Shown here piece after piece: positions 1 to 8,289 of a stretch of DNA of 44,493 bases. Source of the stretch: a virus (lineage: Duplodnaviria > Caudoviricetes); the IMG/VR virus record IMGVR_UViG_3300031945_000008, positions 1-44,493 of that record, one strand, 5' to 3'. The notes below the pieces were generated by a model. It had not been told where the DNA came from and searched no databases. It saw nothing but the letters and a program-made list of their open reading frames with translations. How positions within the stretch are numbered: position 1 is the first letter of the stretch; every line of letters starts with the position of its first letter. The position numbers were made by a program, and so were the translations under genes.

Positions 1-138
1 TCTTTTGCTCCGTAATCCGGTAGTTTGGGGGGTAGGTGAGTTATAGCCATCCCCTATGCCTCCTAGACGGAGCATGGCCTTCGGTGGCCTCATATCTCCT
101 TATGGTATATAATTTTTTTTTTTTTTTAACCAGAGGGG
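1..138 (+). repeat. Terminal direct repeat, left copy (true DTR or assembly circularisation overlap)
   Basis: Identical to 44357-44493 except that the poly-T run is T15 here and T14 there. Confidence 0.95.
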
Positions 139-219
139 GAATAGGGGCGCGCCACCACGCCGATGCTCCGTCTATAGGGCATAGCCATATGCCATACCTT
201 ACCTACCCCCCAAGCTACC
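19..219 (+). repeat. Long imperfect inverted repeat/hairpin centred on a poly-T tract
   Basis: 19-40 pairs with 198-219; 54-61 with 177-184; 64-75 with 163-174; 83-88 with 151-156. Confidence 0.85.
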
Positions 220-436
220 ATTGGTAATCAATTCCTTTGCTCCGTAATAATTTGCCGATGCTCCGTAAAAGTTTGTTTTCGGCAGCGTTTTTACTAGCAG
301 CGCGCTCGTCCCACGACCAATGTGGAACCTTGCGCGGTAATTCTGGTGCATCAAGACAAAACGGCAGCGAACCACGAGAAGTCTGACCTGCAAACCAACG
401 ACGCCTCGTAGAATTATATACGGTTTTTTGAATCAT
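215..436 (-). CDS. Hypothetical protein (73 aa), doubtful
   Basis: ATG ORF on the early-gene strand, but it overlaps TGCTCCGT repeats. Confidence 0.3.
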   Translation of the reverse strand: MIQKTVYNSTRRRWFAGQTSRGSLPFCLDAPELPRKVPHWSWDERAASKNAAENKLLRSIGKLLRSKGIDYQW

Positions 437-440
437 GAAA

Positions 441-483
441 TTAGATTACCATCCACCCGCTTTCGAGTGGATGGTGTATCTAA
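441..483 (-). terminator. Stem-loop after the 491-943 gene (terminator or processing site)
   Basis: Minus strand reads ACCATCCACTCG-AAAG-CGGGTGGATGGT (12 bp with one G-U) plus outer TTAGAT/ATCTAA pairing; the U-tract is weak. Confidence 0.5.
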
Positions 484-490
484 CCTCGGC

Positions 491-943
491 TTAGGCTTTT
501 CTCAAACCCTTGAGAAACTCATGGCAAGCCTCGATCGCAACCTCATCGTTGCTGGCATCAAGTTCCACGCCCAACAGAGCCGAAAGGTTTTTCAATCCTT
601 TCGCGCCACCAGCTTTGGCCTTTTCCCAAAGAACCGTGGCCTGCTTCCGGCTGGTAACCCCCTCCGATGCGATATGCTCGCTGACCGAAACGGAGAAATT
701 TCCGTATTTAGCCAGCGCATCGGCGAACGCAGAGCGAATAGCTTCCGCGTTTTCCGGCGAGAATTCCAAGGTTTTCCGCTTGGCGTTGCTCTCACCGAAT
801 AGCGCCTTATATGCGGTAGTTGCGCCATCTCGTTGAACGATATACCGAATTCCCGCATCAATCGCCTCAACCTGCTTATCAGGATTTAATTCACCTTGAA
901 TAACTAGATCGAAGTTACCAGTTGTGAAATCAACTTTACTCAT
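491..943 (-). CDS. Hypothetical early protein (150 aa)
   Basis: ATG start with AGGAG upstream; protein-like composition. Confidence 0.85.
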   Translation of the reverse strand: MSKVDFTTGNFDLVIQGELNPDKQVEAIDAGIRYIVQRDGATTAYKALFGESNAKRKTLEFSPENAEAIRSAFADALAKYGNFSVSVSEHIASEGVTSRKQATVLWEKAKAGGAKGLKNLSALLGVELDASNDEVAIEACHEFLKGLRKA

Positions 944-1106
944 ATTTCATTTACTCCTATTAGAAGCCTCTGAATTACGAGAGCGGCGTAATTGCCGCCT
1001 TATCGCTTTCAGAAACCTCTATGGAGCATCCGAGGTTTTCAACTGCAAAAACCTTTAATCTATCAAAGAACAAAACCCAATAGAAAAACTCTATATCCCT
1101 CTATCT

Positions 1107-1115
1107 ATTATAGCA
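1107..1115 (-). promoter_or_regulatory. Extended -10 sigma70-type promoter (TGcTATAAT)
   Basis: Perfect TGnTATAAT on the minus strand in the intergenic gap upstream of 491-943. Confidence 0.55.
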
Positions 1116-1151
1116 CCGAGGTTCCTTCGCCCAGAGCGGTTAGGAGATTAG

Positions 1152-1367
1152 TCATACTCTACCTCGCCGCGATTTTCGCCGTTTTGAAATCGTGCCACTA
1201 AAAAGGCGCCAGTATAAAGAGCGATGTTCGGGGCAACAAAACTTTTGCCACGAGCGGCGAGGAATAAATGACAATGCGCACAGATCGCAGAGGCGAGGGT
1301 GATGGGTGGTGGGAGCGAGGGCAGATGGAAATGCATTAGTGGGGCGGATAGGCGGATTACGTTGCAT
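1152..1367 (-). CDS. Small zinc-finger protein
   Basis: CDLC-x2-FIP-x4-QKFCC-x2-HR resembles a common phage CxxC..F.P....QKFC..C/H finger; basic tail. Confidence 0.55.
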   Translation of the reverse strand: MQRNPPIRPTNAFPSALAPTTHHPRLCDLCALSFIPRRSWQKFCCPEHRSLYWRLFSGTISKRRKSRRGRV

Positions 1368-1646
1368 TTCAGAATTTTAGCCCGTGAGGGTTAGGAGGGG
1401 AAGTATGTATAATGTAACGATTTGATGGGATGGTAAGGGGGAGGGAAATGTAACAATATACATATTTGCTTTTGTGTGACGTATCAGGATAATGCCGTGT
1501 GGACGAAGTATGTCTAGGTGGAGATGTTGTTACGCTTCCACCGATTCTAACGGCGGCACCATACACTGGGCCGCAACCAACCAAAGAACATGATCGGGTT
1601 GCGATCGTTTGGAGCGTAATTTCCATAGAAGGGGAGGAGACGGAAG

Positions 1647-2201
1647 ATGGAAGCGAAGACTGAGGGGCCGCGTGGTGGGAATTTAGAGAACCCGAACCAG
1701 TGTCCGGAGCGACGGAGGAGTGAGTTTAAGGGGTCGGAGGTCAAGCTACATCGGTTTGAGAGGGATGATACAGCGTCGGCGGGGTTGAAGAATGAGAAAG
1801 CATGGCACCGAATGGCTGCGTACATGCTGTTGGCGGGTAGAACGAATAGTGAAATAGCGTTGGGTGCGGGAGTGACGCCGGGTGAGGTGTCAATTTTGAG
1901 GGCGCAACGGTGGTTTCAAGAGCTTCTCGCGGTACTTTCGAACGAAGAGGGCGGTGAAGTCCTCGGAGTTATTAAGGGTGAGGCATTGAAGTCGGTAGAA
2001 ACGATCGTCAGCATTCGCGACGACGAGTTTGTTAAGCCTCCTACCCGACTTGCAGCAGCAACCACGCTGCTTGAACATGCGTCAGGGAAGCCGGTGCAGA
2101 AGGTCGTAACGGCACGATCACACAATTTCAACCTCTCGCCACACGACGAGATGGAACAACTCCAGAAAGAGTTGGAAGCGATAAGAAACCGAGAAGGATG
2201 A
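1647..2201 (+). CDS. Probable terminase small subunit (HTH-like N-terminal half, helical C-terminus)
   Basis: First gene of the late arm; GGAGGAG upstream; HTH-like GRTNSEIALGAGVTPGEVSILR; typical size. Confidence 0.55.
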   Translation: MEAKTEGPRGGNLENPNQCPERRRSEFKGSEVKLHRFERDDTASAGLKNEKAWHRMAAYMLLAGRTNSEIALGAGVTPGEVSILRAQRWFQELLAVLSNEEGGEVLGVIKGEALKSVETIVSIRDDEFVKPPTRLAAATTLLEHASGKPVQKVVTARSHNFNLSPHDEMEQLQKELEAIRNREG

Positions 2202-2202
2202 G

Positions 2203-2544
2203 ATGATTACCGATACTGAACCAGGCGTTCCGAGTTGCACGAATGTTTTTAAACCCTTTACAATCTCCGCAAGTGCGGCTGAGACGACAGTGTGGACGCC
2301 GAAGACGGGGAAAAGGTTTAGGTTGGTGGGGTATTGGTTATATTCTGACACGGCGTGCTCGTTGATTTTTAGGGACAACACCGCCGGGACCATCATCTTA
2401 CGGGACGGAGTCGCCGCTGCGAATAGATCGTTCACCGGACCGACGGGTAAGGGGATTCTGTCAGCCACGGCGGGTAATCTTCTCACGTTGCAGGCCAGCG
2501 TTGCTGCCACAATAAACGGTACCGTCTTCGGTAAAGAAGAGTAG
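2203..2544 (+). CDS. Small beta-rich virion protein (putative)
   Basis: Tightly coupled between neighbours; Thr/Ala/Gly-rich beta pattern. Confidence 0.6.
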   Translation: MITDTEPGVPSCTNVFKPFTISASAAETTVWTPKTGKRFRLVGYWLYSDTACSLIFRDNTAGTIILRDGVAAANRSFTGPTGKGILSATAGNLLTLQASVAATINGTVFGKEE

Positions 2545-2547
2545 CAC

Positions 2548-5500
2548 ATGCCAGTCCTCTCCGATACCACCCTTCGGTTTGCTCTCGACCAGTCGTTGCG
2601 GGCACCGATGCCAAACATTGGTACGGACCCAATAGCTACGATCTGGCAGGACGAGCCGATGATCGTTAACGCGTCGCTATTTAATGGTGATCCATCGGTA
2701 TCGACGAACTTTGTATCTGACATTTCCAACATCTTAGCGGCGACCATAACGGTCCGTAAGTTCTCACCAAACGGGCCGCTGTTAATTCAGAAGACGATCA
2801 CCCCGCCGACCGGGTTCGATAATACCACAACATATGCGACGTGGTCAGCCGGTACGAATCAGCACTTCTCCTTCCAACTATCCGCGACTGACACGAATCT
2901 AGCGGTACCTTCCGACGGAACGTTAGCAATTTTTGGTATAATCTCTCTCACGACCGGGTCTCTAACCAATCCTTCCTTCACCGTCGGGGTATTTGAGGGT
3001 TTTCTTGAGAGAGGTGGTAGTATTACTTCCTCGCCGCCGGGTGTGGCTTACGTCATTAGTTTGAACGGGGCATCGGGTGCGCTTGTCCTTAACACTCTCG
3101 CTGGGTATGGTATCACCGATGCGGTCAACACCACCGACCCAAGACTCTCCGACGCCCGCGCGGCAAAAGGAATACAGACTTCAACGCCTTTCCCTATCGA
3201 CAACTCGGTTAACCCAACCGACCAACAGGAGTTGTTCTTCGATGGTCCGAGCCAAACGTGGAAGCTTCGGTCGTTGGGGGCTGGGTCTGTTATTAGCGTC
3301 GGTTTGGCGTTGCCTCCAAGCGTGTTTTCGGTTACAGGCTCACCGGTATTGACGACCGGTACCCTCACGGGTTCATTCGTCGTTCAGAATGTAAACCAAG
3401 TCTTTGCAGGTCCACCAACTGGAAGCACAGGAGTGCCGATGTTTCGTGCGCTCGTGGCTGCTGACATACCATCCGGTATTCCCGCGACGGCGACTGCTCT
3501 ACAGACGTTGACGACTAAACCTATTGGAAACACCGTTGATCCAACCACTGGTCAGGTTTTAACCTTTACCGCTGGCGTATGGCAGCCAACCACAGTCATA
3601 CCCACCGGAACGGGGTTCACCCACATAACTGGCGGTGTGCTAGATGCTGCGGCGAGAGCGGTTGATTTGTCGAGTGCCGACGCGACCGGAACTTTGGCCG
3701 CAGCGCGTGTGCCTGCGTTCACTGGCGACGTTACGAACTCGGCTGGTTCTCTCTCGACTACGATTTCTAATTTGGCGGTTACGTATGCGAAGATGCAGAA
3801 TACGTCAGCCGGTAGTGTCCTTCTCGGTCGTGGCGTAGGAGCGGCTGGTTCTCCACAAGAACTAACTTTGGGTGCTGGATTAACGATGACCACCACTATC
3901 GTTAGCACACCAGTCTTTGTTCAGAGTGGTTCAACCCACGCGATCGGTGCGGTACCGGACCCTGGCGCGGTTGGTGGAACGAGTAGATATCTACGTGAAG
4001 ACGCAACGTGGCAGGTGCCGCCGGCTGGTACGGTGACGGTCACTGGCTCTCCAGTCAGTGGTAACATGACTAAGTTCAGCGGAGCGACGTCGATCACTAA
4101 TGCGGTCGCTAAGGTCGATTACTGGGACACTACAATCTTCGCTGAAGGTGGCACGCATAACGCTGGTCTTGTGCCTGACCCTGGCGCAGTCTCCGGCACG
4201 ACAAGATTTCTTTGTGAAAATGGAACGTGGACCGCTCCAGCAGGTTCACCAGGTGTTCCAGCTGGTGGAACAGCCGGTCAATATCTCGCCAAGATCGACG
4301 CGACCAATTACAACACCCAATGGGTAACTCCAGGTGGAGGCAATCCACCAGGCGGCTCCACTACACAAGTTCAGTACAACAACGCTGGCGCGTTTGGTGG
4401 AATCATTGGCGCGACCACCAACGGGACAATCCTGACGATGGCCGCAGGCGACTTCGCTCTAACTGACGCGTTACATACCAACGAAGCAGCACCGGCGACA
4501 CCAGCGGCGGGTAAAAACATGACGTGGACGGACACGACCGACAAACGGTTCCACGACAAGAACGATGCTGGAACAATAGGAACAACGGTCGTGTCTTCAT
4601 CCGCTGCGGCTAACCAGTGGGCTAACTCGGTATCGACCGCGGGTGTTATTGGCTACGCGCAACCTGCTTTTTCAAATCTAAGTGGCACAGCTACCACTGG
4701 TCAACTTCCAACCTTACCGACTTACGCCGCCGTTGGAAATGACTTTGTAGCAAGTGGTGCGTCCGCTGCTCACGGACTTGTTCCGACACCAGGCACAACC
4801 GCGGGAGCTACACGATTCCTTCGTGAAGACGCAACGTGGATGGTTCCTGCTGGTGGTGGTAACGTTTCCAATGTCGGAACGCCGACCAACCTTCAGATCG
4901 CGCAGTGGACAAGTGCAACCACCATTCAAGGTCTAGCTACAACTGGTACGGGCAACGCGGTTCTAGCAACATCGCCGACCATCACCACGCCAACTATCGC
5001 CGCACTCCCGAACCTCTCCTCCAACGGTTTTGTCAAAACTGGCGGTGGGACAGGAACTCTCAGTATTGATACCAGCACCTACCTAACCGCTAACCAAACG
5101 ATCACGTTAACCGGTCCGATAACCGGTAGTGGCGCCACTTCGATTGCCACCACGATCGGGTCAGGAGTGGTAACCAACGCGATGTTGGCTAACTCTTCGA
5201 TAACGATTGCAGGTGTTGTGACTGCTCTCGGTGGCACTATAACGCAAGATCAGATCACCGGACTATCGACGACTGGGATAGTTAAACGAATGGCGGCGAA
5301 CACACTCACGATCGCTACAGCGAAAACCGACTACTGGGACACGTCAGATTTTGTTATGAGCGGTGCATCCGGCGCACATGGACTAGTTCCTACACCTGGA
5401 ACGACGGCAGGAACAACGAGATTCCTGCGTGAGGACGCTACGTGGCAAGTGCCGGCGGGTGGTGGTACTCCGGGTGCGCCGGCAAATAGTATTCAGTTTA

Positions 5501-6729
5501 ACAATGCGGGAGCGTTCGGCGGTAGTGCTAATTTGACTTGGACGAACGCAAGTAATTTGCTTACGCAGACTGGCACGCCAGCGGCTAATACGGTCGTAGA
5601 TGGTTACATACTTACGGACACGACGGCTGCTACCGCTGGCAATCAGCAGTATTCACCCACACTCCATTTCACCGGTCAAGGCTGGAAAACGACTGCCACC
5701 GCTGCGAGTCAGTCAGTAGATTTCCGTATCTATAACGTTCCTGTCCAGGGCGCAGCCAATCCTACCGGCAACTTGACGATTGATAGTTCGGTTAACGCGG
5801 GTGCCTATGGGAACGCGACTACGATTTCAACTACTGGCCAACTTTCTGTTAATTCTAATGCAACGGGTGCCGTTCTAACATTGCAAGTTACAGCAACCGA
5901 TCCCGGTGCTGGTCCAACAAATTATAATTCAATCGTGTTTAATAACGGGCATGGTGCTGGTAACTTCAAAAATCAGTTTGTCATGCAGTCTGCTGGCACA
6001 GCTAAGTATGCGTTGGGTAATGATTATGGTGGAGCTGGAGTCCAAAACTTTTTCATTTGGGATGGTGGGGCAAATAAAGACATATTTCAAATAAACGGCA
6101 CAACTAGTATTGCACTTAATAATACTAATGTGCTTGGTTGGTCGGCAAGCGATGCAAGTGCAGCAGTTGATACCGGCCTTGCTCGGAACGCTGCTGCCGT
6201 GGTTGAGGTCAACAACGGCACCGCCGGCACGCTCGCCACGCTCAAAGCCTCCACCCTTAACGCCACCACCGCATTGCAGATTAACGGGGTCAGCATCTTT
6301 CCGGTCACGCCCGCCAATGGTGGACTTCCTACAGCCGGCACTGCCGGACAGGTGTTATCTAAGATTGATGGCACTAACTATAATACACAGTGGACAACTC
6401 CTATCCCTTGGCGTGCTTCCCTCACCGTGGAAAATCCCGGCACGGCAGAGAACATCTGTTTTGCGTTTACCACTACAGCCAGAACGATTACAAAAGTGAT
6501 TGCCGTTGTTAAGGGAACGTCGCCTTCGGTAACCTACAACATTGGGTATGGAACTAGCGTGGCTACCTTAACCAACGTCACAACCAGCCCTGTAGCTGTT
6601 ACCAATACGACAACCGGCACAACCGCAACTTTGAACAACACAGCTATTCCAGCTAACGGTTTTCTTGTGTTCACGACCAGTGCTAATGCTGGAACCGTGA
6701 CTTGGATTCACGTAACGGTAGAGTGCTAA
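2548..6729 (+). CDS. Tail fibre / receptor-binding protein (1393 aa) with internal repeats
   Basis: Gly/Thr/Ala-rich; 4x R[FY]L[RC]E[DN][AG]TW, 2x KID.TNYNTQW and 2x Q[YF]NNAGAFGG, all typical phage fibre repeats. Confidence 0.85.
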   Translation: MPVLSDTTLRFALDQSLRAPMPNIGTDPIATIWQDEPMIVNASLFNGDPSVSTNFVSDISNILAATITVRKFSPNGPLLIQKTITPPTGFDNTTTYATWSAGTNQHFSFQLSATDTNLAVPSDGTLAIFGIISLTTGSLTNPSFTVGVFEGFLERGGSITSSPPGVAYVISLNGASGALVLNTLAGYGITDAVNTTDPRLSDARAAKGIQTSTPFPIDNSVNPTDQQELFFDGPSQTWKLRSLGAGSVISVGLALPPSVFSVTGSPVLTTGTLTGSFVVQNVNQVFAGPPTGSTGVPMFRALVAADIPSGIPATATALQTLTTKPIGNTVDPTTGQVLTFTAGVWQPTTVIPTGTGFTHITGGVLDAAARAVDLSSADATGTLAAARVPAFTGDVTNSAGSLSTTISNLAVTYAKMQNTSAGSVLLGRGVGAAGSPQELTLGAGLTMTTTIVSTPVFVQSGSTHAIGAVPDPGAVGGTSRYLREDATWQVPPAGTVTVTGSPVSGNMTKFSGATSITNAVAKVDYWDTTIFAEGGTHNAGLVPDPGAVSGTTRFLCENGTWTAPAGSPGVPAGGTAGQYLAKIDATNYNTQWVTPGGGNPPGGSTTQVQYNNAGAFGGIIGATTNGTILTMAAGDFALTDALHTNEAAPATPAAGKNMTWTDTTDKRFHDKNDAGTIGTTVVSSSAAANQWANSVSTAGVIGYAQPAFSNLSGTATTGQLPTLPTYAAVGNDFVASGASAAHGLVPTPGTTAGATRFLREDATWMVPAGGGNVSNVGTPTNLQIAQWTSATTIQGLATTGTGNAVLATSPTITTPTIAALPNLSSNGFVKTGGGTGTLSIDTSTYLTANQTITLTGPITGSGATSIATTIGSGVVTNAMLANSSITIAGVVTALGGTITQDQITGLSTTGIVKRMAANTLTIATAKTDYWDTSDFVMSGASGAHGLVPTPGTTAGTTRFLREDATWQVPAGGGTPGAPANSIQFNNAGAFGGSANLTWTNASNLLTQTGTPAANTVVDGYILTDTTAATAGNQQYSPTLHFTGQGWKTTATAASQSVDFRIYNVPVQGAANPTGNLTIDSSVNAGAYGNATTISTTGQLSVNSNATGAVLTLQVTATDPGAGPTNYNSIVFNNGHGAGNFKNQFVMQSAGTAKYALGNDYGGAGVQNFFIWDGGANKDIFQINGTTSIALNNTNVLGWSASDASAAVDTGLARNAAAVVEVNNGTAGTLATLKASTLNATTALQINGVSIFPVTPANGGLPTAGTAGQVLSKIDGTNYNTQWTTPIPWRASLTVENPGTAENICFAFTTTARTITKVIAVVKGTSPSVTYNIGYGTSVATLTNVTTSPVAVTNTTTGTTATLNNTAIPANGFLVFTTSANAGTVTWIHVTVEC

Positions 6730-6730
6730 T

Positions 6731-7351
6731 ATGGCTATCGCATTGGTTCAAGTTTCGGCTGTCCTGCAAAACGGTATAGCAACGCTGCCAGCTAATTCGA
6801 CTGCTGGCAATACGCTCATAATGGTTATGGGTGGAGCTACGATTACACCCCCGCCGTCGGGTTGGATAACAGGTGCGAGTGAAGGGGTTGCCGGTGCCGA
6901 AATTTTTTATTACCCGAATTGTCCAGGCGGTCAGACCAGCTTTGGAACCTGGACGAACAGCCCGTCCGATTCGGCCATAGCAGAGTTCTCAGGACTAGGC
7001 GCAACTGTTATACTCGATACATCTGCGTCGGTCGGTGGCACAACGACACCTCAAACGGCTACAACAAGCGGTAACGTTACAAGCGCAACTTCTCTGGCTG
7101 TGGGGCTACTTTGTGCGTCGCGTACGACAGCTGGCGCGGATACGCTCACGGTCGGATCGGGCTGGACGAGTGATGCGACTGACAATTCGGTATCACTTAC
7201 AACTCACATTTTGCTTGAGCACCTGATTAATCCGGCAAGCGGTTCCACTTTGTCGCAAACATGCTCCTGTACGTCGTCGCATTTAAGCCAGTTTGATGTG
7301 ATGATGCTTGTGCTAAAAAGCCCAACCCGACGCATTTTTATATCATCATGA
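6731..7351 (+). CDS. Tail-fibre-associated beta-sandwich protein (putative)
   Basis: Directly follows the fibre; Ser/Thr/Gly-rich. Confidence 0.6.
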   Translation: MAIALVQVSAVLQNGIATLPANSTAGNTLIMVMGGATITPPPSGWITGASEGVAGAEIFYYPNCPGGQTSFGTWTNSPSDSAIAEFSGLGATVILDTSASVGGTTTPQTATTSGNVTSATSLAVGLLCASRTTAGADTLTVGSGWTSDATDNSVSLTTHILLEHLINPASGSTLSQTCSCTSSHLSQFDVMMLVLKSPTRRIFISS

Positions 7352-7758
7352 AAACTAAAAAGACCAACCGAGAGATAGTAGACTTTATCAACCTCGCAGC
7401 CGTCTGGTTAAACAAAAAGGACGTGAAGGAAACGAAATTCATCTACGCCTTGAAGAAGGTAAACAAACGTATGATGCGTCTCTTCGAAATCTACCAAGAA
7501 GGCATCGAAGACATCAACGTCAAACACTGCGCCGTCGACGGAGACGGCGTCATTAAACGGGACGACCGAGGACAGTACAAATTCACCCGTGATGGGATGC
7601 AAAATCGTAACGATGAGATTCGTAAACTATCCAAGGAGTCCGTTGAGATCGAGCCGTACTACTCGAACGAAGTCCCTCTGGACCTCGACGAGGTTGATGC
7701 TGAAACCCTTGAAGGATTTGTTATTCAACCCGAACCGAAGGCAGCGTTAGCCGCATGA
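7348..7758 (+). CDS. Hypothetical protein, resembling the small charged (DUF1617-like) proteins found after tail fibres
   Basis: ATGA overlap; charged helical sequence; position. Confidence 0.55.
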   Translation: MKTKKTNREIVDFINLAAVWLNKKDVKETKFIYALKKVNKRMMRLFEIYQEGIEDINVKHCAVDGDGVIKRDDRGQYKFTRDGMQNRNDEIRKLSKESVEIEPYYSNEVPLDLDEVDAETLEGFVIQPEPKAALAA

Positions 7759-7991
7759 AACTCCCCTCTGACTGGACAGTGCGCGACTGGATCGCTATGT
7801 TGCTTGCAGTGACGGTTGCCATGACCGTTGTGTTCCCCGTCATCCTTGGTAGCTTCGGCGCACTTATCTATGGTCGGAGCGTGTTGACCGTAGAGGGTGG
7901 TGAAAATATTAAAGAACTCGCCGCCTTCCTTGCTGGTGTAGTAAGTGCTTTTTTAACAATGAAAGTGGTAGGAGGATCAAATGACAGATGA
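7755..7991 (+). CDS. Holin-like two-TM membrane protein
   Basis: 78 aa with two hydrophobic segments (WIAMLLAVTVAMTVVFPVILG; LAAFLAGVVSAFL). Confidence 0.55.
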   Translation: MKLPSDWTVRDWIAMLLAVTVAMTVVFPVILGSFGALIYGRSVLTVEGGENIKELAAFLAGVVSAFLTMKVVGGSNDR

Positions 7992-8289
7992 CGAAAAAAT
8001 TGAAACAATAAAGAAGGAACTTAACGGGTTGAGAACCGAACTCACCAGCTTACAGAAAGACCCATCACCTGCATCATGGCAGGCGGTGTTTGACCGCACC
8101 GCAAGGATGGTGGAGATGTTGGGTCCGGTCGCGAAACCCTTTACTGCTCAGGCCCCGAACTTAAGACAGGGTCCGATTGAGGAACCCGTGGCGCCGAAAG
8201 GGCTGTTCGCGCCCGAGGAAACACCGCCGGCTAAGTTTGTCACGTCGGCAAAGCATGTACCGGTTAAGCACGTCGCACACAAGAAGTAA
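7981..8289 (+). CDS. Hypothetical protein (coiled-coil N-terminus, Pro/Lys-rich tail)
   Basis: AGGAGG RBS; TAATG coupling to terL. Confidence 0.75.
   Translation: MTDDEKIETIKKELNGLRTELTSLQKDPSPASWQAVFDRTARMVEMLGPVAKPFTAQAPNLRQGPIEEPVAPKGLFAPEETPPAKFVTSAKHVPVKHVAHKK

Noticed and set aside
36-227. 63-aa + ORF crossing the poly-T run (possible phase-variable gene)
   Set aside because: GTG start with no clear RBS; it runs through the hairpin and its poly-Phe is just the T tract
2548-7351. Diversity-generating retroelement or invertible fibre cassette
   Set aside because: No reverse transcriptase or invertase; the fibre repeats differ mainly at synonymous sites rather than only at adenines
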